From: Hyalangium minutum
GTDB lineage: Bacteria; Myxococcota; Myxococcia; Myxococcales; Myxococcaceae
Length of the DNA: 64,000 nt
Direction of reading: 5' to 3'
Assembly (NCBI RefSeq): GCF_000737315.1
Contig: NZ_JMCB01000003.1
Span: 930,001-994,000 of the forward strand
The notes under the pieces were generated by a model. It saw only the letters and a list, made by a program, of their open reading frames with translations. It had not been told where the DNA came from and did not search any database. Position 1 is the stretch's first letter. Each line of letters starts with the position of its first letter. Position numbers and translations under genes: made by a program. Below, one piece after another: positions 38,722-48,628 of this stretch.

Positions 38722-41331
38722 TCAAGGGAGGTTGACGAGCCGCGTAGCGGAGACGGGAGGCCGCAAGGGCGCTCCAGACGGATCCACCAGGGTGGCCGTC
38801 ATGGACAGCCCCAGTCCCGAGCAGCCCACAGGCAGCTTCAGATCCACCTCGCCGCGCCCCTGCGAGGCATCCACGTCCCCGCGAACGGTCTGGACCTCGC
38901 AGCCCGTTCCTCCAATGAAGGAGAGCTGGACGTAGCCGTCGTCCATGGGCCCACTGCCTATCCGAAAGCCGGTGGTCCGGACACGCACCGTGGACTCGCG
39001 CGGCACACTCAGCGCATCCACGTCCGGGACGAGCCAGGACACTTCCGGGCGACGGTAGTCGATCACCGACCAGGCCCGGGTGACGTCCCCGAGCTGCGCC
39101 AGGCTCACCTCCTTCACCTCGGCCAGCTCCACCGCATCCAGCCCACTGCCGTCCCCGGGCCTGGCCGCCACGAGCGCCTGAACCCGCATCAGCGCGCGCG
39201 TCCCGGTGAGGTCTCCATAATAGGTCCGGTCCTCGAACGGCGCGGGCGGTACCGGCAGCCGCACGCCCGAGGTGGCCCGCGCTGGATCCAGCAGCACCGT
39301 CCACTGGTGGCCCAGCCGGTGGGTGAAGACGATGCGAAGCAGGGTCGCACCGCTCAGCCCAGGATCGGTGGTGAAGCGGAACTGACGCCCCTCCAAGCCC
39401 CGGTAGGACTCCGCGGTGAAGTTGTAGCGAGCCCCCTCGGGCAGCGGCAGGAAGCCTCGCGAGGTCTGCACCGGCGTGCTGCCCTTGGGATCGAAGGAGA
39501 GCCGGGCCAACGGCTCGACGACCCCGCTGCTGGCCGCGCTCGCGGAGGCATCGTTCAGCGCCGCGTTGGAGGTGGCCAGCACGAGCAGCCGGTAGGCACT
39601 GCCCTCCAGCCCGTGGTGCGCGGGCGCCATGCGGACACTCACGAGCCCCGGCGCCGGAAGCCCGGACTGCACATCCGTGTTGGGATCCGCTGGCGCCACG
39701 TTCACCGCGATCCCCAGGCCCAGCGGCACCAGCCCCTGGCCCGGCACGCTCACCGTCCCCAGCACGAAGGCCCCATCGAGGAAAGCACCCCGGTAGCGCG
39801 GGAGCGAAGGGACTCGGACGGCGAACGGGAAGCCCAGCGGAAGCTGCTGGTAGTCATGGTCCACCGAGGAGAAGTGCGCGGTGTCCCTGAAGTCCGGCGT
39901 CCCCGTGCTCGCCCCCGGCGTGGGCTGCAGCTTGAATTGCACGTCGCGGACCACCGAGGACTGGAAGCGCCGCAGCAGGGGGATGCTCTGCGCGAGCACC
40001 TGGCTCACGTCGGGCGTCGCGCCAAAGAGGCTCGGGGGAATCTCCGCAGGCGGCACATCCCCTGCCAGCGCCCAGGCCGTACGAGTGCCACACTGCCCCG
40101 CGCGGATGGCCTCCTCGACGTTCGAGATGCCCGGCAGTCTCGCGTCACACACTCCTGCCACGCCCGGCGCCTGGTGCACCGCCTTGACCGGGCTGGAGGG
40201 CAACGCCAGGTAAGCGCCCGCCGGAAGATCCAGCTCGCGCACCAGGCCGCCCAGGTTCACGGCCACCTTCTCCGTCGGGCCGGTCTGCTGCTCGGACGCG
40301 ATGTCCAACCCGAGCCCCGGCGTGGACAGGCCCGCGAAGCCCAGGTGGAGGTTCGATGTGGCCGGCAGGTTGCTAAAGGTGCCCTTCGCTCCGCCGTAGA
40401 GCTCCAGCGGGTTGCGCCGCAGCGGCAGCACCACATCCCTCGAGCGCTCCACCGTGTCGTAGTGCCCCAGCGTCAGGTAGCCGTAGTCCGCGTGGAACGC
40501 CGTGAGGCTCACCACGCCCGTCGCCGTCACGTGCGCCACACCGTCTGCATCCGTCGCATCCGAGCCGATGAGGCTGCCCGCCCCCGTGGCCGCCACCACG
40601 AGCGCTCCCTGCAGCGGCCGGCCCGTCAGCTCGTCCGTCACCACCACCCTCACCTGCCCCTCGGGCGGCTCCGCGGCCAGCACCGTTACCCGCGCGCGGC
40701 AGACGGCCTGGCCCACCCGCGCCTCCACCGCCTCGGTGGACTCGGCCTGCGCCTTCAGTGTGAACGTGGCGCTCGCCCCCGAGCCTCCACCCTCCACCGC
40801 TCCTGCCACCGCCGCCCAGGTGATGCCCTCGGTCAGCACCACCGGCTTGCCCGAGGCATCGCGCACCGTCACATCGAAGCGCACCTTCCCCCCCGAGCGC
40901 CCCAGCACGAAGTCCGGCGTCACCTGGCACGACGCCGCGGACGAAGCGGGCGGAGGCGCCACGCACTCGCCATCCCGGCACACCTGCGCGCCGCAGTCCG
41001 CGTCGCTCGAGCACAGGGACACCATGCACTTGCCCTGATCGCACTGGCAGCCCAGCGGGTTGTTGTCGCACTCGGGCAGCGCGAAGGAGCCTCGCTTCGC
41101 CGCACTACAGTCCTCCCGGGTGCGGCAGGCGGCCTCGCACCGGGACGCCGCCGTGTTGCAGAAGAAGAGCGCCGGATCCGGGCAGTCCTGATCCACCGTG
41201 CACGCCGCATCCGGCCCCATCACCGGCCCGGTGGGGGACTCGTCAGCTCCCTCATCCGAGGCGCAACCACTCAACGCCAGGCCCACACACAGCAAGGCCA
41301 GCACCGGCACCGGGCGGGAACGGGGGTTCAT
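38722..41331 (-). CDS. Large lipoprotein: Cys-rich repeats, Ig-like and carboxypeptidase-regulatory-like domains
   Basis: Lipobox LSGC; three C-x5-C modules; VTDELTGRPLQGA...TDADG; homologous to 61006..63747. Confidence 0.8.
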   Translation of the reverse strand: MNPRSRPVPVLALLCVGLALSGCASDEGADESPTGPVMGPDAACTVDQDCPDPALFFCNTAASRCEAACRTREDCSAAKRGSFALPECDNNPLGCQCDQGKCMVSLCSSDADCGAQVCRDGECVAPPPASSAASCQVTPDFVLGRSGGKVRFDVTVRDASGKPVVLTEGITWAAVAGAVEGGGSGASATFTLKAQAESTEAVEARVGQAVCRARVTVLAAEPPEGQVRVVVTDELTGRPLQGALVVAATGAGSLIGSDATDADGVAHVTATGVVSLTAFHADYGYLTLGHYDTVERSRDVVLPLRRNPLELYGGAKGTFSNLPATSNLHLGFAGLSTPGLGLDIASEQQTGPTEKVAVNLGGLVRELDLPAGAYLALPSSPVKAVHQAPGVAGVCDARLPGISNVEEAIRAGQCGTRTAWALAGDVPPAEIPPSLFGATPDVSQVLAQSIPLLRRFQSSVVRDVQFKLQPTPGASTGTPDFRDTAHFSSVDHDYQQLPLGFPFAVRVPSLPRYRGAFLDGAFVLGTVSVPGQGLVPLGLGIAVNVAPADPNTDVQSGLPAPGLVSVRMAPAHHGLEGSAYRLLVLATSNAALNDASASAASSGVVEPLARLSFDPKGSTPVQTSRGFLPLPEGARYNFTAESYRGLEGRQFRFTTDPGLSGATLLRIVFTHRLGHQWTVLLDPARATSGVRLPVPPAPFEDRTYYGDLTGTRALMRVQALVAARPGDGSGLDAVELAEVKEVSLAQLGDVTRAWSVIDYRRPEVSWLVPDVDALSVPRESTVRVRTTGFRIGSGPMDDGYVQLSFIGGTGCEVQTVRGDVDASQGRGEVDLKLPVGCSGLGLSMTATLVDPSGAPLRPPVSATRLVNLP

Positions 41332-41486
41332 CACGGCGGACTCCGTCTTCACAGCGGGGGATTCCTTTCATACAGGCAGGTGGACCTGCGCGCGACGGCC
41401 TGAGCCCCTGCTCCCAGGCGCTTCAGGCCCGGCCGGTTTACAACCCGGCATTGGATTTCCTCCCAGGCCCGCCCATGATTCATCCC

Positions 41487-41780
41487 ATGCCGCGCCATGA
41501 GCCCAAGTCCTTGGAATCCCTCCTGCCCCGTGTCCTCGCCCGGCTCGCCGAGGAATCTGGCAAGGGGCGCTCCCTCGCTCCCGTCTGGGCCGCCGCCGTC
41601 GGCCCTCAGATTGCCAAGCACACCTCCCCGTACACCCTGCAAGCGGGGACCCTGGTGGTGACCGTGGCGAGCGCCGAGTGGGCCAAGACGTTGTCGCTGG
41701 AGCAGGCCTCGGTGTGCGAGCGCCTCAACGCCCGGCTGGGGGCGGGCACGGTGACGGCGCTGTCGTTCCGGCTGGGGTGA
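41487..41780 (+). CDS. DUF721/DciA family protein
   Basis: W..AVG..IA.HT.P.....GTLVV.V....WA..L pattern. Confidence 0.8.
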   Translation: MPRHEPKSLESLLPRVLARLAEESGKGRSLAPVWAAAVGPQIAKHTSPYTLQAGTLVVTVASAEWAKTLSLEQASVCERLNARLGAGTVTALSFRLG

Positions 41781-43288
41781 TGATGCTCGTCCTGGCCCTC
41801 ACCACCCTGCTGGCCGCCGCGCCGCTGAACGCCGAGTCCATGGAGCGGCAGTCCGTCCAGCACGTGCTCCGGGAGTTCGAGCGCGTGGGACGCCGCGCGC
41901 CGACGCAGGATCCCGCGCTCATGGAGGCCGCGCGCCGGCTCGCCCGCGAGTCCCTGGGGCCGCAAATGCCCACGGGCGCTCCGGATCTGCACTCGCTCAC
42001 CCTGGCCGTGAGCGATGCGGGCGGTGCCGACCCGAGCCCCCGCTCGTTCGTGATTCGCGCCTGGGCGCACTCCCAGCTCATCGAGACGTTCCTGTCGCGC
42101 AAGGACTTCAGCGGCGAGCCCGCCACCCACTTCGGCGTGGGCGTCGTCACCGCGGGCGAGCGCGCCGCCCTCATCCTGCTGCTCACCGAGCGCAAGGCCG
42201 AGCTCCAGCGCTTCCCTCGCAACTTCCCGAAGCCCAAGGCCGCCCAGGTCCTCTGCGGCCAGCTGGTCTCCCCACTCAGCGGAGCGGACGTGTACTCCAC
42301 CCTGCCGGACGGCAGCGTGGAGCGGGTGCCGCTCACGCGCGAGGCAGGGCCCTCGTTCTGCGCGCAGCTGAAGTTCCCCCAGGTGGGCGGCTACACGGTG
42401 GAGGTGATCGGCCGCTCGGCCAAGGGCCCCGAGGTGGCCGCGCTCTTCCTGGTGGACGTGGGCGGCCCCAGCCAGCGCGGCGACGACGAGCCCGTCTCCG
42501 AGCCCACCACCATCCCCGAGGCCCGGGAGGCCATCCTCACCCGCATCAACAACCTGCGCCGCGCCTACAAGCTGAACCCGCTGTCACCGGACTCGGCGCT
42601 GGACGCGGTGGCACAGGCCTACAGCGATCGCATGGCCCGCGAGGGCTTCTTCGCCCACGTGGCGCCGGACGGCACGGACCTGCGCAAGCGCCTGTCCGCC
42701 GCGGGCCCCGCGTACCGCAGCGCCGGAGAGAACCTGGGCATGGCCCCCGGTCCGCTGTCCGCGCACTTCGGCATCGAGCACAGCCCCGGCCACCGCAAGA
42801 ACCTGCTCTCGCCGCAGTTCACCCACGCGGGCATCGGCGTGACGTTCCAGACGGTGGAGGGCCGGCCCCAGGCCATCGTCACCGAGGTCTACTCCGCCGC
42901 TGCCCTGCCCCCCTCGGCCGACCCGCTGGCCGAGGCCTACAAGGCACTGGAGGCCAAGCGGAAGCAGTTCAAGCTGCAGCCGCTCAAGCGCAACAAGGCG
43001 CTGGAGCAGATCGCCATGGACCACGTGCGCCGGGCGCTGCGCCAGGACACGCCCAAGGCACACCTGCCCGACTCGAACGTGCACGAGCGCGTCTTCAAGG
43101 GCATGGAGAACGTGAAGACCGCGGCCGTGGACTTCTACGTCGCCGAGGATCCCACCACCGCCCCCGAGTCCAAGAGCCTGCTGGACGCGCGCAACACCGA
43201 GGTGGGCGTGGGCGTCATCCGCGGAGACTCGGCCACCTTCGGCCGGGACAAGTACTGGGTGGTCGTCATCTACACGACGCCGCGGTGA
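41777..43288 (+). CDS. CAP (SCP) domain protein
   Basis: INNLRRAYKLNPL...AQAYSDRMAREGFFAH...GENL...SPGHRKNLL...GIGV; degenerate CAP-like regions at both ends. Confidence 0.85.
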   Translation: MMMLVLALTTLLAAAPLNAESMERQSVQHVLREFERVGRRAPTQDPALMEAARRLARESLGPQMPTGAPDLHSLTLAVSDAGGADPSPRSFVIRAWAHSQLIETFLSRKDFSGEPATHFGVGVVTAGERAALILLLTERKAELQRFPRNFPKPKAAQVLCGQLVSPLSGADVYSTLPDGSVERVPLTREAGPSFCAQLKFPQVGGYTVEVIGRSAKGPEVAALFLVDVGGPSQRGDDEPVSEPTTIPEAREAILTRINNLRRAYKLNPLSPDSALDAVAQAYSDRMAREGFFAHVAPDGTDLRKRLSAAGPAYRSAGENLGMAPGPLSAHFGIEHSPGHRKNLLSPQFTHAGIGVTFQTVEGRPQAIVTEVYSAAALPPSADPLAEAYKALEAKRKQFKLQPLKRNKALEQIAMDHVRRALRQDTPKAHLPDSNVHERVFKGMENVKTAAVDFYVAEDPTTAPESKSLLDARNTEVGVGVIRGDSATFGRDKYWVVVIYTTPR

Positions 43289-43376
43289 GCCTCCCGCTCC
43301 ACGGGCCTCCTCTCGGGGGCCTCGGGTAGCGGGGCTCGACCGCGGCTCGGTCTCTTCAGGAATGAACCGCCGGGCA

Positions 43377-43610
43377 CTACACCGGGCGGCGCTGGGTGGC
43401 GTAGGCCTCGATGCCCATCTGAGGCGGCGCCACCTGCTGGTACAGCGGGCACTTCATGCAGGAGAAAGACTGCCAGCCCCGGCGCACCGCCTCATCCAGG
43501 CAGTTGTCGTAGTGGTGGCAGTTGAGGTTGCGGTGAGTCTCGACGCCGGCGCGCTTCGGGCCAGCCTCGGGGTTGATGGTCTGCGAAAGATCGGACGGAC
43601 ACGGCTTCAT
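43377..43610 (-). CDS. 77-aa four-Cys small protein
   Basis: GGAGG RBS; NCHHYDNCL...WQSFSCMKC; high GC3. Confidence 0.75.
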   Translation of the reverse strand: MKPCPSDLSQTINPEAGPKRAGVETHRNLNCHHYDNCLDEAVRRGWQSFSCMKCPLYQQVAPPQMGIEAYATQRRPV

Positions 43611-43972
43611 GGATACGGAGCCCTCCCAGGTGAACGAAATCCCCCCCCGAGCTCTGACGTGCTGCGATGCGGCGTTTTGAGGCTCCCTCTACCAGCGGTA
43701 GAGGTTGGCGTCAGACGGCGACCCAACCTAATGAGGCACAAGCAGTGACGCAATGGGTCGAGGCCTGATGTCTCCCTACATGACATTCCCCCTGACGGTA
43801 TGGACACCGAATGCTGCCGGGTGAACACTCCCCAGGACTGCGAAAGCGCGGCCGATCTAGGACTTGTTGGGGCGGCTGTCAAACCACCCCCCCAGGACAA
43901 CCCTCCGAGGGAATGATTCCCAAACACCCTGCGTTAAAATGCGCCCAGGGTGTGAGCGGAGAGGAAAGACCC

Positions 43973-46111
43973 ATGAAGTGGAGTGGTTGGGTGGTGGTGG
44001 GGCTCTTTTCGGGGGTAGCGGTGGCGCAGACGCCCACGACACGGGAGGCCGTCCGCCTGCACCGTCCCGAGGCCACCGCGCTCGTGCGCGCAGAGCTGAA
44101 GGCCTGCGACGCCGTGAAGTGCCCGGAATCCGGCCGTTTGGCGCTGCTGGCAGGCACGCTCGTGCTTTCGGAGGGCGAGGCCCTGGAGGCCCGGCAGATC
44201 CTTGAGTCCTACCCTGTCCCACCCGGCCTGGAGGCGTTCCACGCTTATTACCGGGGTCAGGCCCTCTTCTACTCGGGTGACGCGGAGGGGGCGGCGGCCG
44301 CCTTCTCGCTGGCCGTCCAGAAGGCGCCTCCCTCGCTCGAGCCCCGCGCCCGGGCCCGCCTGGGAGAGGCCCTGCTGAAGGCCGGCAAGCCCGCCAAGGC
44401 TGCTCCCATCCTGGAGACAGCAGCGGACAAGACCCCCTCGGCGGAGCTGCTCTATGAGCGCGCGCTCGCCCGCAGCGCCACGGGCAATGCCGCAGGGGCC
44501 AAGGAGGACCTGCGCGCGGTGGCCCTGCGCTACGCCACCCACCCGTACGCAGAGGAGGCCCTGGCGCAGCTGGAGGCGCTCACCCCGCCCGTGCGGCTGA
44601 CGCTGGCCGAGCACCTGAAGCGGGCTCGCGCGCTGCTGGACGGAGGCATGGCCTCGCAGGCGATGACGGAGCTGGAGACGGCGGAGTCGCGCAAGTGGGT
44701 GAAGGGGGAGCTGGCCCGGACGCAGGTGGCGCTGGTGCGCGCGCTGGCGCTGTTCGCCACGGGCAAGGCCGAGGAGGCCGAGAAGAAGCTGGCCGAGGCG
44801 CGCAAGGGGCCGCCCGCGGTGGCCGCCGAGGCTGCGCTGGTGACGGCGCGCCGCGCGCTGCGAGCCAATGACAACGAGAAGGCCCGGGCGCTGATGGCGG
44901 CCCTGGACAAGGCCTATCCCAAGCAGCCCGCTGGGGACGAGGGCGGCTTCTTCGCCGGCTGGCTGGATCTGCAGGCCCAGCGCTTCGAGGACGCGGTGAA
45001 GTCCTTCACCCTCTACGAGCAGCGCTACCCGCGCTCGCGGCGGCGCGATGAGGGCATGTGGTTCCGCTCCCTGGCGCTGCTGCGACTGGAGCGCTATGCC
45101 GAGGCTCGCGAGTCCCTGGAGAAGCTGGTGGACAGCTTCCCGCGCAGCAGCCTGGTGCCGCAGGCGCGCTACTGGATGGCCCGGAGCCAGGAGCTGGGCG
45201 GCGCGTCCGTGGACGTCGTCGCGCGCGCGTACGAGACCGTCGTCGCCGTGTCCCCCGCCTCGTTCTATTCGCTGCTGGCCAGCGAGCGGCTGCGCGCGCT
45301 GGGCCGCCCGGTGCCCCCGGCCTTCCCGGAGCCTCCCAAGCAGCTCACCGTGGCGCGTCCGCCGGACCTGGAGCTGGCCGTGGCGCTCTCCGAGGCGGGG
45401 CTCTTCCCCGATGCAGCCGAGGAGGTGGAGTCCCGCGCCTCGCGCATCCACTCTCCGTCGCAGGCGCTGCCCTTCGTGCACGCGCTGCTGTCCATGGGCG
45501 AGTACGGCTATGCCCACGCCATCGCCGCGCGGCACCTCTGGGGCCGGGCCTTCGGCGAGCGGGCTCCGGACGCGCTGGCGGCCTTCTACCCGAAGGCCTT
45601 CGCCTCGGCGGTGGAGGCCGCGGCCTCGCGCGCCGAGGTGGAGCCGTACCTCGTGTGGGCCATCATGCGCCGCGAGAGCGCCTTCCGCCCCGAGGTGGCC
45701 AGCGCCGCCAACGCCCGAGGGCTGATGCAGATCATCCCTCCCACGGGCACGGCCATCGCCGAGAAGCTCTCCGAGCCCAAGCCCAACCCGGCGGACCTGT
45801 TCGCGCCGGACCTGAACATCCGCTACGGCGCCTGGTACCTGTCGCAGCTGATGAAGCGCTTCTCGCACCCGGTGCTGGCGGCGGCCGCCTACAACGCGGG
45901 CCCCAAGGCCACGGCGAAGTGGGCGCAGGAGAAGGGCACGCTGCCGCTGGATCTCTTCGTGGAGGAGATCCCCTTCCGGGAGACGCGCGGCTACGTGAAG
46001 CAGGTGGTGGCGGACCTGTACCTCTACCGCTCCTTCTACGGCGGCGGGGCCTCGCTTCCGCCGCTGGCGCTCACGATCCCCACGCCCTTGGGCGAGGGCG
46101 TGAACTTCTAG
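43973..46111 (+). CDS. Soluble lytic transglycosylase (Slt70-like) with TPR repeats
   Basis: AIMRRESAF, ARGLMQII, AAYNAG, EEIPFRETRGYVK. Confidence 0.93.
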   Translation: MKWSGWVVVGLFSGVAVAQTPTTREAVRLHRPEATALVRAELKACDAVKCPESGRLALLAGTLVLSEGEALEARQILESYPVPPGLEAFHAYYRGQALFYSGDAEGAAAAFSLAVQKAPPSLEPRARARLGEALLKAGKPAKAAPILETAADKTPSAELLYERALARSATGNAAGAKEDLRAVALRYATHPYAEEALAQLEALTPPVRLTLAEHLKRARALLDGGMASQAMTELETAESRKWVKGELARTQVALVRALALFATGKAEEAEKKLAEARKGPPAVAAEAALVTARRALRANDNEKARALMAALDKAYPKQPAGDEGGFFAGWLDLQAQRFEDAVKSFTLYEQRYPRSRRRDEGMWFRSLALLRLERYAEARESLEKLVDSFPRSSLVPQARYWMARSQELGGASVDVVARAYETVVAVSPASFYSLLASERLRALGRPVPPAFPEPPKQLTVARPPDLELAVALSEAGLFPDAAEEVESRASRIHSPSQALPFVHALLSMGEYGYAHAIAARHLWGRAFGERAPDALAAFYPKAFASAVEAAASRAEVEPYLVWAIMRRESAFRPEVASAANARGLMQIIPPTGTAIAEKLSEPKPNPADLFAPDLNIRYGAWYLSQLMKRFSHPVLAAAAYNAGPKATAKWAQEKGTLPLDLFVEEIPFRETRGYVKQVVADLYLYRSFYGGGASLPPLALTIPTPLGEGVNF

Positions 46112-46797
46112 CCCTGACGCTGAGCCAAGCGGCGGAGGATGTCGGTCTCCAGTGTCTGCACCACCTCGGAGAGCGGCGTGGCGCTGGAGTCCAGGCGCAC
46201 GGCGTCCTCAGCGGCCTTGAGCGGGGCCACGGCGCGGGCCGAGTCATCCTTGTCGCGCTGGGTCTGGTCGGTCAGCACCTGCTCCAGGGTGCTCTCCACG
46301 CCCTTCTGGAACAGCTCCTCGTAGCGGCGCCGGGCACGCACCTCGGACGAGGCCTCCAGGAAGAACTTGGCGTCCGCGTCCGGGAACACCACGGTGCCGA
46401 TGTCGCGGCCCTCGAGGATGGCGCCCTTCTCCGCCTCCAGCGCGAGCCGCCGCTGCAGTGCCAGCAGGCCCGCGCGCACCACCGGGCGGCTGGAGACCTG
46501 CGAGGCGCCCATGGAGATCTCCGGCGTGCGGATCTCCGAGGACACGTCCTGCCCATCCAGGAAGACGCGGTTCTCCTCGCCCACCACCTGGAAGTGGATG
46601 TGGATGCGGCCGAGCAGCTCGCCCAGCCGCGCGTCGTCATCCGAGGCAATGCTCTCGCGCTTCGCCATCAGCGCCACGCAGCGGTAGATGGCACCGGTGT
46701 CCACCAGGGCGAACCCGAGCCTGCGGGCCAACAGCTTGGACACGGTGGACTTGCCGGCCCCGGCAGGCCCGTCGATGGCGACGATGAACGGTCTCAC
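46108..46797 (-). CDS. cmk: Cytidylate kinase
   Basis: IDGPAGAGKST, DTGAIYR, EGRDIGTVVFPDA. Confidence 0.97.
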   Translation of the reverse strand: MRPFIVAIDGPAGAGKSTVSKLLARRLGFALVDTGAIYRCVALMAKRESIASDDDARLGELLGRIHIHFQVVGEENRVFLDGQDVSSEIRTPEISMGASQVSSRPVVRAGLLALQRRLALEAEKGAILEGRDIGTVVFPDADAKFFLEASSEVRARRRYEELFQKGVESTLEQVLTDQTQRDKDDSARAVAPLKAAEDAVRLDSSATPLSEVVQTLETDILRRLAQRQG

Positions 46798-46811
46798 GCG
46801 CGCACTCTCTC

Positions 46812-47780
<969 letters not shown>

Positions 47781-47895
47781 GGGGGCGGACGTAGCACCTG
47801 CCCCTAGGGACTTTCAACGTGCAAGCCGCTTCGCACCCCCGGTTGCGTTACGCGCCGCGTAGAATGCGCTCCACTCACCTACCGTCCGGAGAGCC

Positions 47896-48594
47896 ATGAA
47901 CCGCCTGCCCCTGCTGCTGCTCACCCTGTCGCTGGCGCTCCCGGCGGCCGCCCAGCCCCCCCCTTCTGCCAAGGCGCTCAACACGGAAGGCTTCCAGCTG
48001 TACCAGGCGGGCAAGTACCCCGAAGCCCTGGAGAAGTTCCAGGCCGCCGTCCAGGCAGACCCGAAGCACGCGCTGGCCCAGTACAACGTGGCCGCCACGC
48101 TGGGAGTGCTTCGCAAGCAGGGGCAGATCTGCCAGCACGATGCCTACCGCGACACGATCCTGGAGCACCTCACCGCGTCGGTGAAGCTGGACCCGAAGCG
48201 GCTCCAGCGCGCCAAGGAGGACGCGGATCTGGATCCCATCCGGGACACGGTGGGCTGGCAGAAACTGCAGGGCCGCTCTCCGGCTCGGGCTGCGGACGTG
48301 CCGGAGCTCCTCCGCAAGGTGAGCTGGTTCGGCCCGGGAGTGGGCGTCTACGGAACGCTGGTGACGCTCAAGTTCGAGGACGGAAACAAGGTCACCGTGA
48401 CCAAGAAGGTGCCCCAGGAGGAGGGCGAGCCCAAGACGGAGACACTCACCGGTACCTACAGCGTCAAGGGCCGCAACGTGGAGGTGAAGCTCACCGGCCA
48501 GAAGCCAGACACCGGCTCGCTCGACACCAAGGGGTTGCTGAAGCTGAAGACGCTCGGCACGTTCTACGACTCTCCGTCCGAGTGCGACGCCTGA
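47896..48594 (+). CDS. Exported TPR protein
   Basis: Signal peptide; NTEGFQLYQAGKY...AQYNVA TPR; TPR-end DADLD motif. Confidence 0.75.
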   Translation: MNRLPLLLLTLSLALPAAAQPPPSAKALNTEGFQLYQAGKYPEALEKFQAAVQADPKHALAQYNVAATLGVLRKQGQICQHDAYRDTILEHLTASVKLDPKRLQRAKEDADLDPIRDTVGWQKLQGRSPARAADVPELLRKVSWFGPGVGVYGTLVTLKFEDGNKVTVTKKVPQEEGEPKTETLTGTYSVKGRNVEVKLTGQKPDTGSLDTKGLLKLKTLGTFYDSPSECDA

Positions 48595-48606
48595 GCGGAT
48601 TCACCC

Positions 48607-48628
48607 GCCCAGGCCTCCGGGCCTGGGC
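48607..48628. terminator. Hairpin between convergent genes
   Basis: gcccaggcc-tccg-ggcctgggc, 9-bp stem. Confidence 0.5.
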
